A stretch of 64,000 nucleotides of DNA from Candidatus Latescibacterota bacterium. GTDB taxonomy: Bacteria > Latescibacterota > CBDEFO01. The stretch spans positions 2,400,001 to 2,464,000 of the forward strand of contig OZ252149.1 of the NCBI GenBank assembly GCA_965248755.1, read 5' to 3'. Of the stretch, positions 60,742-64,000 are shown piece after piece (the first letter of the stretch is position 1; each line of letters opens with the position of its first letter). The notes under the pieces were generated by a model. It did not search any database and was not told the DNA's origin. It saw only the letters and a list, made by a program, of their open reading frames with translations. The position numbers were made by a program, and so were the translations under genes.

Positions 60742-61141
60742 GGTGTCTTCGATGCGTTCCAAATCCCGTATTCTGCTCTCGAGCGGGAGCACGAAGTATT
60801 GGATCACTGAAGTGGCAAAAGCGGGGATCGGGACCATTATCCGAGGTGGAGTGGCAATGGGTGAACCGGGTGTAGGCTCAGGCAGTGCCGAGCTTTGGCA
60901 GAAGTTTGACGAAGCGAAGATAGACGAATTACGTGAGGAAGGCGAAAGCCGCACAGCGTTCATGCTGCGTTTTACCCTTACACATCCCCAAATAGACACT
61001 ATCATTGTGGGCACGCAGCAACTCGAACACCTGCAGGGAAACACAAGAACTGTTCTGCGAGGTCCCCTACCTCCAGATGTTTATCTGGAAGCGAAGCGTC
61101 GCCTGGATGGTGTCAATTTGACATCGGCGGAGGTGTCATGA
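60742..61141 (+). pseudogene. Aldo/keto reductase C-terminal fragment, frameshifted
   Basis: GVFDAFQIPYSALEREHE in one frame continues as WITEVAKAGIGTIIRGG...LRFTLTHP.IDTIIVGT in another; no N-terminus. Confidence 0.75.
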
Positions 61142-61338
61142 TTATGCATAGTGTTTCACAAGGCTAGCTGGATAAGATTTTGACGGGGTACCAAATTGAA
61201 ATAGGACAAGGACTGGGATCCCAAAAAGTTTGCCGAAATCAAACAGGTTTGCAGGTAGGAAGAAAATTCTTATGGGAACTAACTTTTTAAGCCACATTTG
61301 GGCCTAATGATCCATTTATACATTTTTATCTTTTTTCT

Positions 61339-61689
61339 CTATGCCTTGGTGTCTATCGTCTGCCCCTTATCAGATTCGGCGGATTGTGGGCTCAAAGCGG
61401 TGTTATTCTGTTCTTCATCTTCTGAGTCTTGGGACTCATCTTTGTGCTGATGTTCTTCCGACAATAGGAGCTTGTCTTTTTCTTGGCGCCTTTTCTTATC
61501 TTTGTCTATCTGGGATTCCTTAGACTTAGAAGTTGCAACCGCTTTTTTGCGATTTGCCTCGGCGTTTTTTTGAAGCAGTTCCGCAAATTGCTTTTGGTTT
61601 GCGTCCGGCTGCTGCCTTTGCACATCGACCATCTTTTCCACGATCTGGGTCTTGGAAAGGATGTTCTGAATATCTATTGAATCGGCCAT
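61339..61689 (-). CDS. Hypothetical charged protein
   Basis: 116-aa ORF with upstream AAGGTGG; C-terminal KGQTID. Confidence 0.65.
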   Translation of the reverse strand: MADSIDIQNILSKTQIVEKMVDVQRQQPDANQKQFAELLQKNAEANRKKAVATSKSKESQIDKDKKRRQEKDKLLLSEEHQHKDESQDSEDEEQNNTALSPQSAESDKGQTIDTKA

Positions 61690-62755
61690 CGGACGACCAC
61701 CACCTTATAAAAGAAATAGGACGAAGAACAGGAGTCAAGCCTATATCTGTACTTACATCTAACATCCGAAGCATCTTTAGTCTCTTTTAAAGGATGGAGA
61801 TAGGGATAGTTCAAGCTGACTTGTTCTACTCTTATTATCGGAAGAACCGTCCTGAATCTTTAATAATCTGTGCCCAGCTAGGTAAAAGGAGAGGGAACCT
61901 TAATGGCTCCCATCTGGTATTTGTAATGACCAAAGAAAAAGCCCGCCATCTCTGACGGGCTGTGAATTCAAGGCTCACTGTTGAGAAGCCTATGCCGACT
62001 TACTCGTCAGATGTTGACGGTTTTCATTCCACTTATACCGGCGAAGTGTCCTTTGAGCCCCAGTAAGAGACTTCCACTGCTTGCGTATATATCCTGGGTG
62101 TATCCAACAGTTATTGGGAGCTTCCACGTTAGCGCCGAAAGTCCTCTGCATACAGTCCTCCTCTAACATTTTCTCTACAGAGCATATCCCGATATCCACT
62201 GTGCGCCTCAAAGTTCTCGCCCTGGCTCTGGTAGCTGACATGCTGATAATGTGGAGAAGCGACACTTCGGATCTATTACAATTGACTTTCCGATTCATTC
62301 TTCATATATTGGCAGTGAGCAGCAGAGCTACTTTTACCTATTTACAAAGACAAAAAGTAGGGTCGGAGAGGATTATAGCTTATGCCTCGACACCAAACTA
62401 TATTTTTGAAGAGTTTTCTCCTGCTTTTTTGCCAATATCGTCTCAATCTTCTGTCCATGATCCTCAGCTTGAAGATTAACAATTGCTCTGAGCAACCGTT
62501 CGGTTACAATAGTTCATGGCTAGGGTACACCGAGGGCAGTCAGGGCTTCTAAGACTCCTAGGAAAGCTCGAGCAGCCATAAGACCAGAGTCGCCCGGGCA
62601 CGGGATATACGAGCTTCGGAGCCAAGTTAGCCCGAGAGGAGTAGTCATTTGGGAAAATCTACGTTACCTGAGTTTCATCGCGTCCCCAAGATGGTAGATG
62701 AATAAAGAGCCTCTCGAAAGTGATTTCTTATCTATATTGAGGAAAGGGATCATAG

Positions 62756-64000
62756 ATGCAACACGAGAGTGACAAAAATCCCCCTGGCTTTGAACTTATG
62801 TGTACACTTCAAGGTGACGAGGAGCAGATCTCCTCTATCGCATGGGTATCAGATGCTCCAATGCTTGCCTCGGGATCATGGGACGAAACCGTTAGGCTAT
62901 GGGATGTGGAAAGTGGAGAACTTCGCCAAGTGCTCGGAGGTCTCTCCAATACCAACTATGTGTCATGGTCGCCTGACAGTCGAACGGTTGCCATATGGTA
63001 TAGCAACACTATTAAACTTTGGGATGTAGAGGCCAGGAAAATCCGCAGCCTGATTCGAGAGAGCTTCTCTGGTGTCAATAGTGTGGCATGGTCTCCAGAT
63101 GGACAGACACTTGCCTTTGGCAGTAGCGATGGCATGATCCGACTATGGGACGTGAAGGGTAGGAACGTCCGCCGCACATTTGAAGGACACTACAACGATA
63201 CAGTCAATAGTGTGGCATGGTATCCAGATGGACAGACACTTGCTTATGGTAGTAATAATGGCATTATCCGAATATTAAATGCCAAGACATGGAAGTTGCG
63301 CCGATCATTCGAAGGACACTACAACGATACAGTCAATAATGTGGCGTGGTCTCCAGATGGACAGACACTCGCCTCGCAAATCTCGCAAGGACATGATGCA
63401 TCCTCCTTGCCACAGTCCATCGAGCTTTGGAACGCCAAAACGGGACAGCGACTGAGTGTTCTCAAAGGATACAAGGGTCAGATCACTTCTACCTCCTTTT
63501 CTTCGGACTCTCGCCTTCTTGCCTCCAGATCCTATTACGGCAATCTCTGTCTCTGGCGCTGTGACACCTGGGAGAAAGTAGTGGTCATTAAAGAACCACA
63601 TATCCCGCCGTTTTCTGACTTTGCTTTCCATCCGAAGATGCCCATACTGGCTGCGGTCGCTGAAGCAGGTATTGTCATCCACATCTGGAACCTAGACATC
63701 GACGCCCTGCTGGATACAGACCACGCTGTTGACGCTAAGAGAGAACCCGGCATTCGGGTATCAAAAAAAGAGGGAAAGGACGTTGACCTGTCCAAAGGGC
63801 AGGAAGAGGACTATAAAAGATTTGAGTATAAGTGCCGTGACAAGGTCTATATCCCTGGCACTATCCCAATGAAGCGAAGCAATCTCATAGACGTTAATGG
63901 AAATGAGATAGGAATCGCAGATTACATTTTTGTCCTGTTTTTATCCCTTGTAGCGGAATTGCGGAAGAAAGAAGGCGGCTGGGTCCATGTACCCACGTTG
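62756..64000 (+). CDS. WD40-repeat protein with an additional C-terminal domain (runs off the window)
   Basis: Manual translation is open for 415 codons: LASGSWDETVRLWD, VNSVAWSPDGQTLA-type repeats x3, FHP...IHIWNLD. Confidence 0.88.
   Translation, partial: MQHESDKNPPGFELMCTLQGDEEQISSIAWVSDAPMLASGSWDETVRLWDVESGELRQVLGGLSNTNYVSWSPDSRTVAIWYSNTIKLWDVEARKIRSLIRESFSGVNSVAWSPDGQTLAFGSSDGMIRLWDVKGRNVRRTFEGHYNDTVNSVAWYPDGQTLAYGSNNGIIRILNAKTWKLRRSFEGHYNDTVNNVAWSPDGQTLASQISQGHDASSLPQSIELWNAKTGQRLSVLKGYKGQITSTSFSSDSRLLASRSYYGNLCLWRCDTWEKVVVIKEPHIPPFSDFAFHPKMPILAAVAEAGIVIHIWNLDIDALLDTDHAVDAKREPGIRVSKKEGKDVDLSKGQEEDYKRFEYKCRDKVYIPGTIPMKRSNLIDVNGNEIGIADYIFVLFLSLVAELRKKEGGWVHVPTL

Noticed and set aside
61981..62479. 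Overlapping short ORFs on both strands
   Set aside because: No motif or RBS allows a choice between them; left unannotated

Overview
Bacterial chromosome window in three parts; a diderm, probably an FCB-type candidate phylum, which is an impression only. (1) 1-34.4 kb is mostly core genome. It holds a dcw cluster (ftsI-murE-murF-mraY-ftsW-murG-murC-ftsQ-ftsA-ftsZ, without murD/murB/ddl), BatA/vWA and lipid genes, a sigma-54 operon with its NtrC-type two-component system, RNase HIII, a decaying Liv-type ABC transporter and a PpiD/SurA-like foldase. Small palindromic mini-elements are scattered through its intergenic regions. (2) About 34.4-48.1 kb is an integrative element: a large serine recombinase, a sigma factor flanked by two matching divergent promoter-like motifs, a primase-helicase and an iteron-like origin. 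Its low-GC UvrD helicase and its recombinase are cut by three copies of an IS3-family element. (3) 48.5-60.4 kb is a duplicated regulatory and ion-homeostasis cargo: 3 DUF2294, 3 ECF sigma, 2 GNAT, 2 Lrp-type, one CPA2 antiporter and a duplicated attenuator-like leader. It ends in a ~1.1-kb non-coding, highly self-complementary locus of three tandem units, each with a variable 17-nt repeat loop, enclosed by a long-range stem and a terminator. This locus is the best candidate for an undescribed system. The window ends inside a WD40-repeat gene that the ORF track missed.
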